Shown here: positions 24,401-35,474 of the stretch, one piece after another
How positions within the stretch are numbered: position 1 is the first letter of the stretch
Layout: every line of letters starts with the position of its first letter
Program-made: the position numbers and the translations under genes
The notes under the pieces: generated by a model
Seen by the model: only the letters and a program-made list of their open reading frames with translations
Databases searched by the model: none
What the model was told of the DNA's origin: nothing
NCBI RefSeq assembly: GCF_019393635.1
Contig: NC_057863.1
Span: forward strand, 490,648,948 to 490,712,947
From: Dromiciops gliroides
Taxonomy: Eukaryota
Direction: 5' to 3'
Length of the DNA stretch: 64,000 nt

Positions 24401-24420
24401 GTGGAAGGTAATACTTAAAC
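24280..24420. repeat. (TA)n and (TG)n microsatellites enclosing a 22-bp perfect inverted repeat
   Basis: Arm 1 at 24332-24353 is aagtattaccttccacttacac. Arm 2 at 24395-24416 is gtgtaagtggaaggtaatactt. The 41-bp spacer is (TG)/(TA) repeat. Confidence 0.85.
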
Positions 24421-24582
24421 CCACATTTACAATTATTTATAAATTCTGTTAGTGTTCCCAGGTCTTTTTTCATTTCTTTAAAACTATTCTTTTTCTGCAT
24501 CTGTTTTCTTTACTTTAAACAAAATGTCATCTACTTTAAATAAATGTCATTATCTCCCTTTTAGTTAAATTTTCTGAAATGG

Positions 24583-24952
24583 TGTTAAGGGCTAAAATTC
24601 TAGCTAAACTGTCTAAAATATCTAATGAGTGGTCGCCAATAAATTATAAGCTTTAGCAAGAGTTAGACTTTTAAGCATTTATGAAGGAGAATAAGAATTT
24701 GGTAAAGAGAGAGAAAGGCCTAGATTCCTATCTATTAAAGGGAGGGCACATTTCTAGCTCCGCTCTCCACCAGAGTCCAAAGGAAAGAGAGTCAGACCGA
24801 GCGCCAGTCTCTTCCTTCCTCCTCCCACTAGCCAGCGTCACTTCCTGATGCCAAAGAAAAGACTCCTGGTCTTGCCCTCAAAGACCTTCGCTTCATGGGC
24901 GGAACTCTTCTACAGTAAGTCTCCAGCAGGTGGCGTCATTCCAATCGTTACA
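24583..24952 (-). mobile_element. Solo LTR, same ERV family, 4-bp TSD ATGG
   Basis: TGTTAAGGGCTAAAATTCT...AATCGTTACA, flanked by ATGG at 24579-24582 and 24953-24956. Confidence 0.7.
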
Positions 24953-25646
24953 ATGGTTTCTTGTTGCTTATTGGAAGTATACCACAAGACTGATTTAATA
25001 ATTAAAAAAAAATTCACTATCATTTTCATTTTCTACTTTACATAAGCTACTGGTTTTGGAAAACTGTTACTTTTTACTTCAAATTTTTTTGCTTAGAGAA
25101 TTTGAAAGCTTCATTTTAAATTTTGTTATCTTCTGTTGGTAAATAAATTTATAATTTTGCTGAAAGCATGGAACTGTTTTAACCATTTGGTAACACTGCA
25201 GGGAGATAACCCATATAATCACCATCTTGTTTTCTTTGGGAATTGGTGCTTGAGCTAGGTGTGTTTTTTTTCCCTGTTGTTTCTTCAATCTTCTTGATTT
25301 TGCCCAATTATCCACAGCAGAAATAGGTACAAAAAAGTTTTTATAGTTAATAAAACAAACACCCCTTCTTCCTCTCAACTTGACTGAGAATATAAATACT
25401 TTTCATTATGCCAATATAATTAACTGATTAAATACACACAATCATGATGCTTGATTTGAGTCAGATAGTTTAAGAAGCCAACTTTTTAGTAATGTGATAG
25501 TTCTCTGAATTTCTTAGATGGAGAAATGTATATGAACTACACAGACATAAAAAGCAGAAAGGTTGGCTGTGAGCTCCACTCAATACAGCCTAAAAAAGGC
25601 TCATCTTTGGTGTAAATATTCATTTTTTTTTCCATTAAGAAACAAT

Positions 25647-25767
25647 CGGGGCAGCTAGGTGACGCAGTGGATAAAGCACTGGCCCTGGATTCAGGAGTAC
25701 CTGAGTTCAAATCCGGCCTCAGACACTTACTAACCCCCATTGCCCTGCAAAAAAACAAAAACAAACA
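25647..25767 (+). mobile_element. Mar1-like SINE with an internal deletion
   Basis: CGGGGCAGCTAGGTGACGCAGTGGATAAAGCAC... with a (CAAAA)n tail. Confidence 0.8.
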
Positions 25768-25899
25768 ATCAATGAAATCAGAAGGAGGTTCAGGCATTCC
25801 AATTAATGAGTTGCCTGACTTGAACTTTAAATTGTTTAAAAAAAGATGGTTTATACATTTCATTGCTTACCTTAAAGTTTTGAAATCTCTTAAAGAAGA

Positions 25900-26175
25900 A
25901 TGGAGGCAGAGCTAGATGGTGTAGTGGTTAGAGAGCTGGGCCTAAAGTCAAGAAGACCTAACTTTAAATCTTCCCTTTTAGACTCTTTTTTGGGCTGCAT
26001 GACCCTGTGCAGTCACTTAACTGCTATCTGCCTCAGTTTCCTTATCTGCAAAATGGGGATAATAATAGCACCTACCTACCAGGGTTGTTGTGAGAATCAA
26101 GTGAGATAGTTGTACAACACTTTGCACAGTGCATGGCAACTAGTGAATGCTATATCACTGTTAGCTATTATTATT
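25900..26175 (+). repeat. Near full-length MIR
   Basis: …tagatggtgtagtggttagagagctgggcc…gcctcagtttccttatctgcaaaatggggataataatagcacctacctaccagggttgttgtgagaatcaagtgag…. Confidence 0.85.
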
Positions 26176-26181
26176 ATTATT

Positions 26182-26331
26182 GTTTTGTTTTTTTTAGTGA
26201 GGCAGTTGGGGTTAAGTGACTTGTCCAGGGTCACACAGCTAGTACGTGTTAAGTGTCTGAGGCCGGATTTGAACTCAGGTACTCCTGACTCCAGGGCTGG
26301 TGTTCTATCCACTGCGCCACCTAGCTGCCCT
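26182..26331 (-). mobile_element. Mar1-like SINE inserted into the (ATT)n tail of the MIR, with a 14-bp TSD
   Basis: TSD TATTATTATTATTG at 26168-26181 and 26333-26346. Confidence 0.9.
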
Positions 26332-26867
26332 CTATTATTATTATTGTGTAATTTATCAAATTCAGATTAAGGCCTAATGAAAGATTATCATCTTACTATG
26401 TTCTGCAACTATATCTGGAAATTTGTTTTCAGTTCCATATTTTAGGAAGGAAATTTATGAGCTATAGAGTATCTAGGGTACAGTGACTAGGATGGCAAAG
26501 GGCTATATGAAGATATGCCTTTAAATATTTGAAAGTCTCTCACTGGAAAAAGGATTAAATTTGTTCTGTTTGCCCCCAGCAGCAAAGAAAAAAACATATT
26601 CTTGAAGTAAGGAAAAACTTTATAACAATTAAACAATTTGTAACAATTTTTAACAATTCAATTTATAACATTCAAAAGTGAAGTGTACTCTCTTGGGAGA
26701 AAATGGTTTCTCCCTCATTGGAGGCCTTCAAGCAAAGGCTGTATGACCAATTGTCAGATAGGTTGTACCTTTTTAAAGTATGGATGGTTTGGACTATATG
26801 GCTGCCGAGGGCCCTGTAAGAAGGTTTTGCACCATAAAAAGAAGAGTAGCTGTATCTGCTTCATCTA

Positions 26868-27130
26868 GAGAGCCAGTGTGGCACAAAGTATCTAGTGCTG
26901 GAGTCAGCAAGACCTGGCTTCACATCTTGCCTCAGACATGTGTTAGCCATGAAGCGACTCGACTTCTTAATTTCCTTATTTGTAAAAAAGAGGATATCAG
27001 CAGCACTTACCTCCCAGGGTTTGTGGGGCTCAAATTAGGCAGTGGGTATCTAAAAGACTTTGCGAACCTCCAAAGGGTTATATAAATGTGAGCTGTTATT
27101 AGACATTGTTATAATCAAGATTCTGAAAGA
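26868..27130 (+). repeat. MIR-family CORE-SINE relic
   Basis: …ctagtgctggagtcagcaagacctgg…ttccttatttgtaaaa…ctcccagggtttgtggggctcaaattag…aaagggttatataaatgtgagc. Confidence 0.6.
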
Positions 27131-27574
27131 AATATTGCTAACAAATGGGCAGCTGCTAAAAACCTTATTATTTGCTAAGATTACTCAGTTAAGCTATAAG
27201 AAACCTAATATGTTTCCAGCTAAATATTCTGAGAGTACTAATGTGTATGTGAGAAAAAATGAAATGAAATTTTAAGTTTTGTTCTCTCCCCTTTTCCCCT
27301 AAAGACTTAGGAGGGAAACTTAGATTTTTATAACTGAAAAGTTTAAAAGATGATCCGCTTTGCATGTATTTTAGGTTTTTTCCCCCCCCAGACATAAACC
27401 ATCTTCTCCTTATATTTACTAGTTAACTAAATGGAAAATAAATCACAAATTAGGTGTGGAAGTCAGTAGTTGGTTCTTGTCCTTGTTCTTTGTGTATGGA
27501 TTGACAATTGTAGCTCATATTCCACTTAAAGACTTGAAAAGCACCCTTATTTAAGTTTAGCAACATTCATTGAA

Positions 27575-27900
27575 TAGACATTTATTCAGAACTTGCTGTG
27601 TGCAATGCACTAGGCTAGCTCCTCTGGGGAATACAGGGGAGAAAGACAGTCTCTGGCCTTATGGAGCTTATTGTCAAATTGGGGAGAAGAGAAACAAATG
27701 CAGGAGGGTTTTGGGAAAATCAGTGCATGATTTAGAGCAAGATGACAAGGGTTTGAATCTTAGATCTGATACCACTTCTGGGACCTAACACAAGGCTCTT
27801 TTACCACTTTACGCTTTAGTTTCTTATCTGTAAAATGATGGGATTTGAACTAAATGATCAACAAAGTCCCTTCCAGCACTAAAATTCTATGAACTTGGCC
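27575..27900 (+). repeat. L2/MIR 3'-end relic
   Basis: …ttatctgtaaaatgatgggatttgaactaaatgatcaacaaagtcccttccagcactaaaattctatga, the shared L2/MIR terminus. Confidence 0.6.
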
Positions 27901-29566
27901 CTAGCATAGCATATAAAAAACTAGAAAAACTTAAATAGAAAGTCACCATATCAGGTTTTTTTCATAGTCTTTTAAAGCCTGGAATAAATACTTCCTTTTT
28001 TGAAGTATGGGAGATTCCTATGACATTGCAGGAAAGGCAGGGAGAATGGTGTTAACAGCTAAGTTGTAAAAGAAGATCTGTTGCTTAAATGTTTTTGGAA
28101 AGAGCCTTAGTTATTCTTTAAATTGATTTCTAGGTCTCATTTGCTGTCGTCTGGATCTGGTTACAACTTGGGGTTCTCCATAACTAGATAAAATTAATAA
28201 ACTATTAATTTTTAAAAGTAAAATTGCTTAATTTATATGGAAACTCATGGCAGAAAAAAAATCAACAGCCATAGAGAGGAGTGTTAAGTAGGGAACCACA
28301 AAACAATTACAAAAAGCACTAGTGCTCGTCATAAATCTGGTTTAGACATTGTGAAGCTAAATGGTGGCTAACTCCACCCCTCTGCCCATGGTTGTATTTA
28401 AGCAGGGTTAACTATCCCATTGTGGTACCTTTGTTTTCCAAGTAGTTTTATTGTCTTCAGTGATATATGCTTCCATAAGATGTTTATGAAATTTATGTAA
28501 GCTATCTATCATCCCAACAACTTTTCTGCTTTGTTACCCAAAGGTAATTTTTAAGAAGGAATTTTTGCCAGTTTTCTAAATTAGATGTTGATGTTCTGAC
28601 AATTGAATCACTGTCACATACTTGTATTATATAAGTAAGTTTGTTGTTGGCCACTTCTCTGGGCCTCAGTTTCTTCAGCTTAAAATAAGGGTTTTAGATG
28701 TTGTGATCTCTGAGGTCCATTTCAGCTCTAAGTCTATGATTGTCAGATGCCAAAGTTTTAAAGATGCTTAAGCCAAATATGTCTCACTATTGAGACAAAA
28801 AAGTTAATTTTAAGATTTAAAAAATGAGTACATGGTGGGGCGGAGCCAAGATGGCGGAGGAAAGACATTAAACCCACAGGGCTCCTGATACAATCACTGC
28901 AAAAATAGCAATAAAAGAACCCTTGGGGCAGAAAAACACACAAAAATACGGGCTGAGAGTTTTCTCCAGCTATAGATAGATTTCAGGGGGCTGTGCTGGA
29001 CCACGAATAAAGCCTAAACCTGCAATCGGGCCAACACACCAGACACCCGCCAGAGGAATTTGCCCCAGTGCCTCTGAATCGGCTGCAGCACTGGCATCTT
29101 CTGGAATTGAGCCCGCGGTTGGGCTGAACGGCTGACCCGGGGGGCAGGGGGTAAGTGCAGGGGTACCAGTGGACTGGGGAAGGATTCGACTGTCCCACCC
29201 CAGCGGGCAACCAGGAAGAAATCCTGAGCGGCTGAAGGCCCAGGTGGGGGAGGGGAGCAGGCAGGCTCATTAGAAGCTAAGAACCACACCACAGAAAGCT
29301 TTGCTGGTTGGTTGCTTAGGAAGTAGGTCTGAGGTTATCTCTGGACCTGAGAACAGGCCAGGTGAGATTAAAACCTGCCCCCCCCCCCAACCCAAAACAC
29401 CTGGGAACAGAAACAGAGCCGAGAAGCAGCCCTACCCTCCAGTAGAGAGTTTAAAATCAAATGAAAGCAAGGCCAGGCAGGCTGAGAACCCCCCCCCCCC
29501 CCAACGCTGTAGCTTGAACAGTGTGTCTTTAAGAAGGAGTTAAAAACCAAGAAATAGTAAGCCAGG

Positions 29567-30501
29567 ATGAGTAGGCAGAGAAAGCAGAAGACCATCAAAA
29601 ACTTCTTTGGGGGAAAGGTAGACAATACAACCTCAGAAGAAGAAGATAATAACAGGGTCAAAGCTCCAACATCCAAAGCTTCCAAGAAAAATATGAACTG
29701 GTCTCAGGCCATGGAAGCTCTCAAAAGGGACTTTGAAGAGAAAGTAGGAGAAACAGAAAGAAGATGTAGAGAAAGGGAGGAAAGAATGGAAAGGGAAATG
29801 AGAGCAATGCAGGAGAGTCATGAGAAAAAAGTCAACAGTTTGAAAAGCCAAATGGAAAAGGAGATTAAAAAACTGATGAAAATAACTGCCTAAGAATTAG
29901 GATTGAACAAATGGAAGCTAGTGACCTTATGAGAAACCAAGATACAGTAAAGCAAATCCAAATGAATGAAAAAATAGAGGGCAATGTGAAGTATCTCCTT
30001 GGAAAAACAGCTGACCTAGAAAATAAATCTAGGAGAGACAATTTGAAAATCACTGGACTACCTGAAAACCATGACCAAAACAAAAGCTTAGACACCATCC
30101 TCCAAGAGATTGTGAGGGAAAATTGCCCTGATATTCTAGAAGCAGAAGCTAAAATAGAAATTGAAAGAATCCACCAATCACCTCCTGAAAGAGATCCCAA
30201 AAGGAAAACCTCCAGGAATATTATAGCCAAATTCCAGAACTCCCAGGTCAAGGAGAAAATACTGCAAGCAGCTAGAAAAAAGGAATTCAAATACTGTGGA
30301 TCTCCAATAAGGATAAAGCAAGATCTAGCAGCTTCTACATTAAAGGATCAGAGGGCATGGAATATGATATTCCAGAGGGCAAAGGAACTGGGACTACAAC
30401 CAAAAATCATGTCCCCAGCAAAACTGAGTATAATCTTTCAAAGGCAAAAATGGGATTTCAATGACAGAGGTCTTTCAAGCATTTGTGATGAAAAGACCTG
30501 A
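29567..30501 (+). pseudogene. L1 ORF1p remnant (coiled-coil + RRM + CTD) disrupted by a frameshifting indel
   Basis: Supplied ORFs 29567-29893 and 29911-30501 read ...RRDNLKITGLPE...IAKFQNSQVKEKILQAARKK..., typical L1 ORF1p. They are in different frames. Confidence 0.8.
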
Positions 30502-31163
30502 ACTGAATAGAAAATTTGACTTTCAAATACAAGACCCTGGAGAAGCATAAAAAGGTAAACAGGAAAAAAACTTCATGAGGGATATTAAAAGATCAAACTG
30601 TTTACATTCCTACATGGGAAGATAATACTTCAAAATCATAAGAACTATCTCAGTAAGAAATTCACAGAAGATAGGTCTGAACTGAATATGAAGGGATAAT
30701 ATCTGTAAAGCATTTATGTTTTGTTCTTTGTAGGGCAGACAGGGTGGGGTGTCTTATGTCTAGGGCTGGATTTGGGCTTAGGGCCTGCTGGGTCCAGGGC
30801 TGGTACTATGTCCACTGTGCCACCTAACTAATCCACGATGACATCATTAAAATAGGGTTGAGGGGTAGGAGGAACAAACTGGGGGAGGGAGAAGGGGAGA
30901 GATGGTCTGGGGAGAGGTAGTTCACGTGAAGGAAACAAGAAAAAAGCTTATGGAGGAGAGTAGAAGAGGGGGAAGGAGTTGGGGAGTGAGTGAACCTTAA
31001 TATCATCAGAATTGGCTCAAAGAAGGACTAACATACATACTCAAGTAGGTATAGTAATATATTTTTGCCCTGGGTAGGGGGAAGGAGAAAAGGGGAGGGG
31101 GGAAAGAAGGGAAGGAGGAAAGGGCAGATCGGGAGAGAGAGCAGTAAAAAGCAGAACACTTTT

Positions 31164-31310
31164 TTTTTTTTTTGGTGAGGCAATTGGGGTTAAGTGACTT
31201 GCCCAGGGTCACACAGCTAGTAAGTGTTAAGTGTCTGAGGCCGGATTTGAACTCAGGTCCTCCTGACTTCAGGACTGGTGCTCTATCCACTGCGCCACCT
31301 AGCTGCCCCC
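31164..31310 (-). mobile_element. Mar1-like SINE inserted into HAL1-like copy 1, with a 16-bp TSD
   Basis: TSD AAAGCAGAACACTTTT at 31148-31163 and 31311-31326. Absent from copy 2. Confidence 0.9.
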
Positions 31311-31560
31311 AAAGCAGAACACTTTTAAGGAAGATGTTGTTCTGCATTAACTCACCAGTATGACATATTGAATTGCTTGATCTCATAGGGAGGGTGGAGG
31401 AGGGAGGGAGGAAGAAAGAAAAATTTAGAACACAGAATTAGCTCAGGGACTCTGATCTCACTGGAGTGGGCTCAGGGAGGGAATAGCTTTCATACCCAAT
31501 TGGGAGGAGTAATCTATTTAACCCTGCAGGGGGAAGTAGGAGGGGAAGAGGATAAGGAAG

Positions 31561-31915
31561 TGTAATGATTGGAATGATGCCACCTGCTGGAGACTTACTG
31601 CAGAAGAGCTCCACCCATGAGGTGAAGGTCTTTGAGGGCAAGACCATGCATCTTTTCTTGGCGACAGGAAGTGATGTTTGCTTGTGGGAGGAAGAAGGGG
31701 GAGCCTGGTGCTCTGACTCGGGCGCTTTTTTCCTGTGGACTCTGGTGGAGAGCAGAGTGAGAAATGCGCTCTCCCTTTAATAGATAGATGAATATAGGCC
31801 TTTCTTTCTCTCTTTACCAAATTCTTATTCTCCTTAATAAATGCTTAAAAGTCTAACTCTTGCTAAAGCTTATAATTTATTGGCGACCACTCATTAGAAA
31901 TTGTAGACAGTTTAG
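31561..31915 (+). mobile_element. Fourth copy of the ERV solo-LTR family, opposite orientation, 3' end truncated or divergent, nested in HAL1-like copy 1
   Basis: Starts TGTAATGATTGGAATGATGCCACCTGCTGGAGACTTACTG, the reverse complement of the other three LTRs. Absent from copy 2. Confidence 0.6.
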
Positions 31916-32728
31916 CTAGAAAACAGAAGGAAGGGTGAAAAAAGGGAGTGCAGAGCGAGGGAGAGGATAGTCAGAAGTCTGAGGAGGAATAGGTAAAAAG
32001 AAGATAGAGTAAACGTCATGGGAAGGGGAAATAGTTATGATGATTGATTATAATGGAAAAACGTACGGTACCTACTTTGCTGGGCTTTTATGAAGAAAAT
32101 TTTCTGTCAAGCTTAAGGTACTGTATACAGGTTATAATGAACAGGATACTATCAGAAAAACCTGGAAAGACCTACATGAACTGAAGCAGAGTGAAATGTA
32201 CTATATACAAAATAACAGCAATAGTTTAAGATGATCTGCTGGGAAGCATGTGGTTATTTTCAGCAAGATAATGATCCAATATAACCCTGAAGGACTTATG
32301 AAGATTGCAGCCCATCTGCAGAGAAAGAACTGATAGTATCTGAAAACAGATGAAAACACATTAAAAAAAATCTTTTTTCTTTTCCTCTTTGACAATTCCT
32401 TAATCTGAAGTTTTGTTTTTTTTGACTGTTTTCTCTCATAACTAGCTAATATGGGAATTTTTCCATGACTACTCATGTATAACTTATTTTGAATTGGTTG
32501 CATTCTTGTGGGTGGGGGGGTGGGGATGGAGGGGCAGAAGAAGTTGGAACACAAAGTTTTAAAAAAATTGATGTTAAAATTTTGTTTTTACATATATTTT
32601 GGAAAATAAAATTCTATTCTAAAAAAAAGTACATGTATCTGATATGAGCCTATTTTAATTGAAAGGAGACTTTTAAATGTTACCAACTTTATTTTTAATG
32701 TAACTTTTTTTTTTTTTGGTAAAAACAG

Positions 32729-32793
32729 GAAATCTGCCTCGGAGACCAAAATCAGCACCTATTCATGATCTCAGTAATTCAGATAAAGGACAG
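32729..32793 (+). CDS. CENPJ: CENPJ exon (GNLPRRPKSAPIHDLSNSDKGQ)
   Basis: Acceptor aaaaacag|GA and donor GGACAG|gtgaat. Phase 1 to 0. Confidence 0.8.
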
Positions 32794-33439
32794 GTGAATT
32801 TCATAGTAGCTTAATGTTTTAATGCATGTAGATATAAATTAATTGGTGTTGGAATTAATCCCCTTACCTATCTGCCTTGAAAATAAAAAAAAAATAGTGG
32901 CTAAAGAGATAAATGATTAGGTGGATAAGTGAATAAAGGGTTCAGCTGAGGCTTTAAAAAATTTATCTTTAATCAAGCATTTTTTTGAGTTCTTAATACG
33001 TTCCAAGTACTGTCCTAAGCACTGAAGCAAAGCAAGGCAAAAACACAAAAATGGTCCCTGCCTATAAGGAGCTTACATCATAACGTGGAGGGTACCATAG
33101 AAATAAATGCCTACATACACTAAATATAGAGCAGAAGGAAGGTAATCTTAGAGAGTGGAAGGCTTTGGTGATGGAGTTGACTAAAAAAAGCCTCCTTGAA
33201 AAGCTGCCTGTTGAGCTGAGCCTTGAGAGAAGCCAGCAATGTCAAGAGGTAGAGATGAGGAGGTTGAGTGCATTGTAAGCACAACCAGAGTTGGGAGATG
33301 GAGTGCCATATTTGAGGAACATCAAGCCAGTATTGCTAGACTGTTGAGTGTGGGGATAGGAGTAGGGAAAGTCACTGGAAAGGTAGGAAGGGGTCAGGTT
33401 ATGAAGAGCCTTAAATGCCAAAAGAGAGTACTTTAAATT

Positions 33440-34900
33440 TTATTTTGGAGATGATGCCACTGGAGTTTACTGAGCTCCAGGGACACATTTACAGGTACAC
33501 TGTAGGAAAACCACTGGCAGCTGACTGGAGCATAGATTGAAATGGGGAAGAAACCTGAGGCAGAGAGACTAATTAAAAGACTATTACTATAGTCCAAGTG
33601 AGAGATGAGGACTTGAACTAATGTGGTGGCTATATGAGTGGAGAGAAAAGGATATATATGAGATGTAGGTACATGATGGTAGAAATGATAAGATTTGTAA
33701 ACCTGTTGGATATTTGGGGTCAATAAGAATGAAGGAGGTAGTGGCTGTGTGAACTTGGAAGACCAGGAGAACAGTGGTACTTTTGATAATAATAGCTAAG
33801 TTCAGAAGGGAGAGGGTTTTTGGGGAAAAAGATACAAGTTATGTTCTGGACATGGGTGAATTGAAATGTCCATTGTGGAGGTCAAAGACTAGAGCTAGAT
33901 ATACAGATTTGGGAATCCCTTTCACAGAGATAACTAAACGCATTGGAAGTGATGAGGTCACTAAGTGATATAGCATAGAGAAAAACCTCAAAAGGGTTAT
34001 ATAAATGTGAGCTACAATTTGACACTATCAATCAGGATTCTTAAAGAACCCCCAAATATTGCTAACAAATGGACAGCTGAGAAAAATAACTATTGAGGAA
34101 GGGGAAGAGGGTCCAGGGCAGAACCTTAGGGGACTTCCACAGTTAAGAGCTGATAAGGATGAAGAACTAGCAAAGCTAACTAAGAAATAGTATTCAGACA
34201 GGAGAAGACATAATAGTGAGTAGGATGAAGAGAAGCAAAGAGTATTCAGCAGGAGGTGATTAGGAGTGTTACATGCTGCAAAGAGGTCAAGGATGGGGAT
34301 TTAGAAACATTAGGTTAGGCAATGAAGAGATCACCGCCAGCTTTGTAGAAAGCAGTTTCAGTTGAATGAGGAGGTTGGAAGCCAGGTGGTAGAGTTCAGG
34401 AGTGGGAGAGGAAAGGAAATCGAGATAATGTAGATGGATTTATCAAAAATTTATAGAGAAGGGGAAGGGTTAGTTCACTAGGATGGTAGGGTCAGGTGAG
34501 GGTTTTTTGAGGACGAAAGAGACTTGAACATGTTTGTAGGCAGAAGGGTAGGAGTCAGTAGAGAGGAAACATCGAAGATTTAAGAACATGAGGATGAGGG
34601 CAATCTGGAGATGAATGAGCAGATGGGCTCAAGGCTGCACATAGAAGGGTTGGCCTTGGCAAGAAAGGCCTAATCTTTATCAGAGACAGAATTTAGGAAG
34701 CTGGCAATGGGGAAATGAAATCAAAGGGATATGAGATGAAGAAGGGGAGAAGAGCTCTTGACAGAGGACCCTGGCTTTATTTCTTCAGTGTAATGAGGTG
34801 AGGTGGTCTCAAAAGGTATGGAGAAGGGTATGTGATGGGAAGGTTAAGGAAAGACTAGGTTTGGAACAGCTACCGTGACACATCCAGTTGCAAACAAATC
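33440..34900 (+). repeat. L2 (LINE-2) 3'-region relic
   Basis: Purine-rich sequence homologous to 14600-15025, matching L2 3'-region motifs (gttctggacatgggtgaattgaaatgtcc...; ggtcaggtgagggttttttgagg...). Confidence 0.5.
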
Positions 34901-35372
34901 ATAGGACTAGAATGATTGCCTTGCTATTATGAAAGCCCTGTTGTGAGTAGAGAACATAAATCTGTAGTGGACCTAGTCAGCTGTGTAGTATTTTTATACT
35001 TTTTCCAGCTCCATTCAGTAGTGCATGGATAGTAGCAAAGGAGGCAAAAGCAGAGTATAATAACTGGTGATAGGGAAAGATGGAATGATAAAATATTATG
35101 ATCAAATAAAAGAATTTCAGAGTTCATCAATATAGAAATATAATATCGATGGATGATAGGAAGAATGAATGTACAATTTAATGTATCTGGCTCAGTTTCC
35201 TCAACTGTACAACAAAGATGTCATTATTTACATTCCAGGGAAGATCAAATGGGATATTCATACATATATAAAATCTGTGTCTATACATATGTATCTATAC
35301 CCACGTGTGTGTATGTACTTATTCCTTTCCCTATGTGATATTTTACTGATGGTCTTATTTTTTTTTTTATAG

Positions 35373-35474
35373 TTCATACCCAGTGAAATATCTGAACCAC
35401 TGACATGCCCTGTTCCTGATTCTAAAGTACAAGAAGAAGAAATTCATGGAGAAATTAGTCATCCCGATGGAAAG
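35373..35474 (+). CDS. CENPJ: CENPJ exon (FIPSEISEPLTCPVPDSKVQEEEIHGEISHPDGK)
   Basis: Acceptor tttttttttatag|TTC and donor GGAAAG|gtaaga. Contains the GEISHPDGK motif that precedes the G-box. Confidence 0.85.

Larger units (their letters stand above)
28837..32628 (+). mobile_element. HAL1-like non-autonomous L1 derivative (5'UTR + ORF1 + about 1.5 kb 3' region, no ORF2), copy 1, bounded by a TSD, inside a CENPJ intron
   Basis: Starts GGGGCGGAGCCAAGATGGCGG (L1 5'UTR). ORF1 runs 29567-30501 with a frameshift at about 29890. Ends in the L1 3'UTR plus A8 at 32621-32628. TSD about (A)nGAGTACATG / (A)nGTACATG. Contains a later SINE and an LTR insertion. Confidence 0.65.

Noticed and set aside
28980-29300. 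CpG-rich island that could be a host promoter
   Set aside because: It is the 5'UTR/promoter of the HAL1-like L1 derivative (begins GGGGCGGAGCCAAGATGGCGG) and is duplicated in degraded form at 51420-52060.
29567-30501. Two long ORFs that might be a host gene
   Set aside because: They are L1 ORF1p (RRM motif RRDNLKITGLPE) inside a TSD-bounded retroelement. They are frameshifted relative to each other. A second degraded copy lies at 52060-52990.
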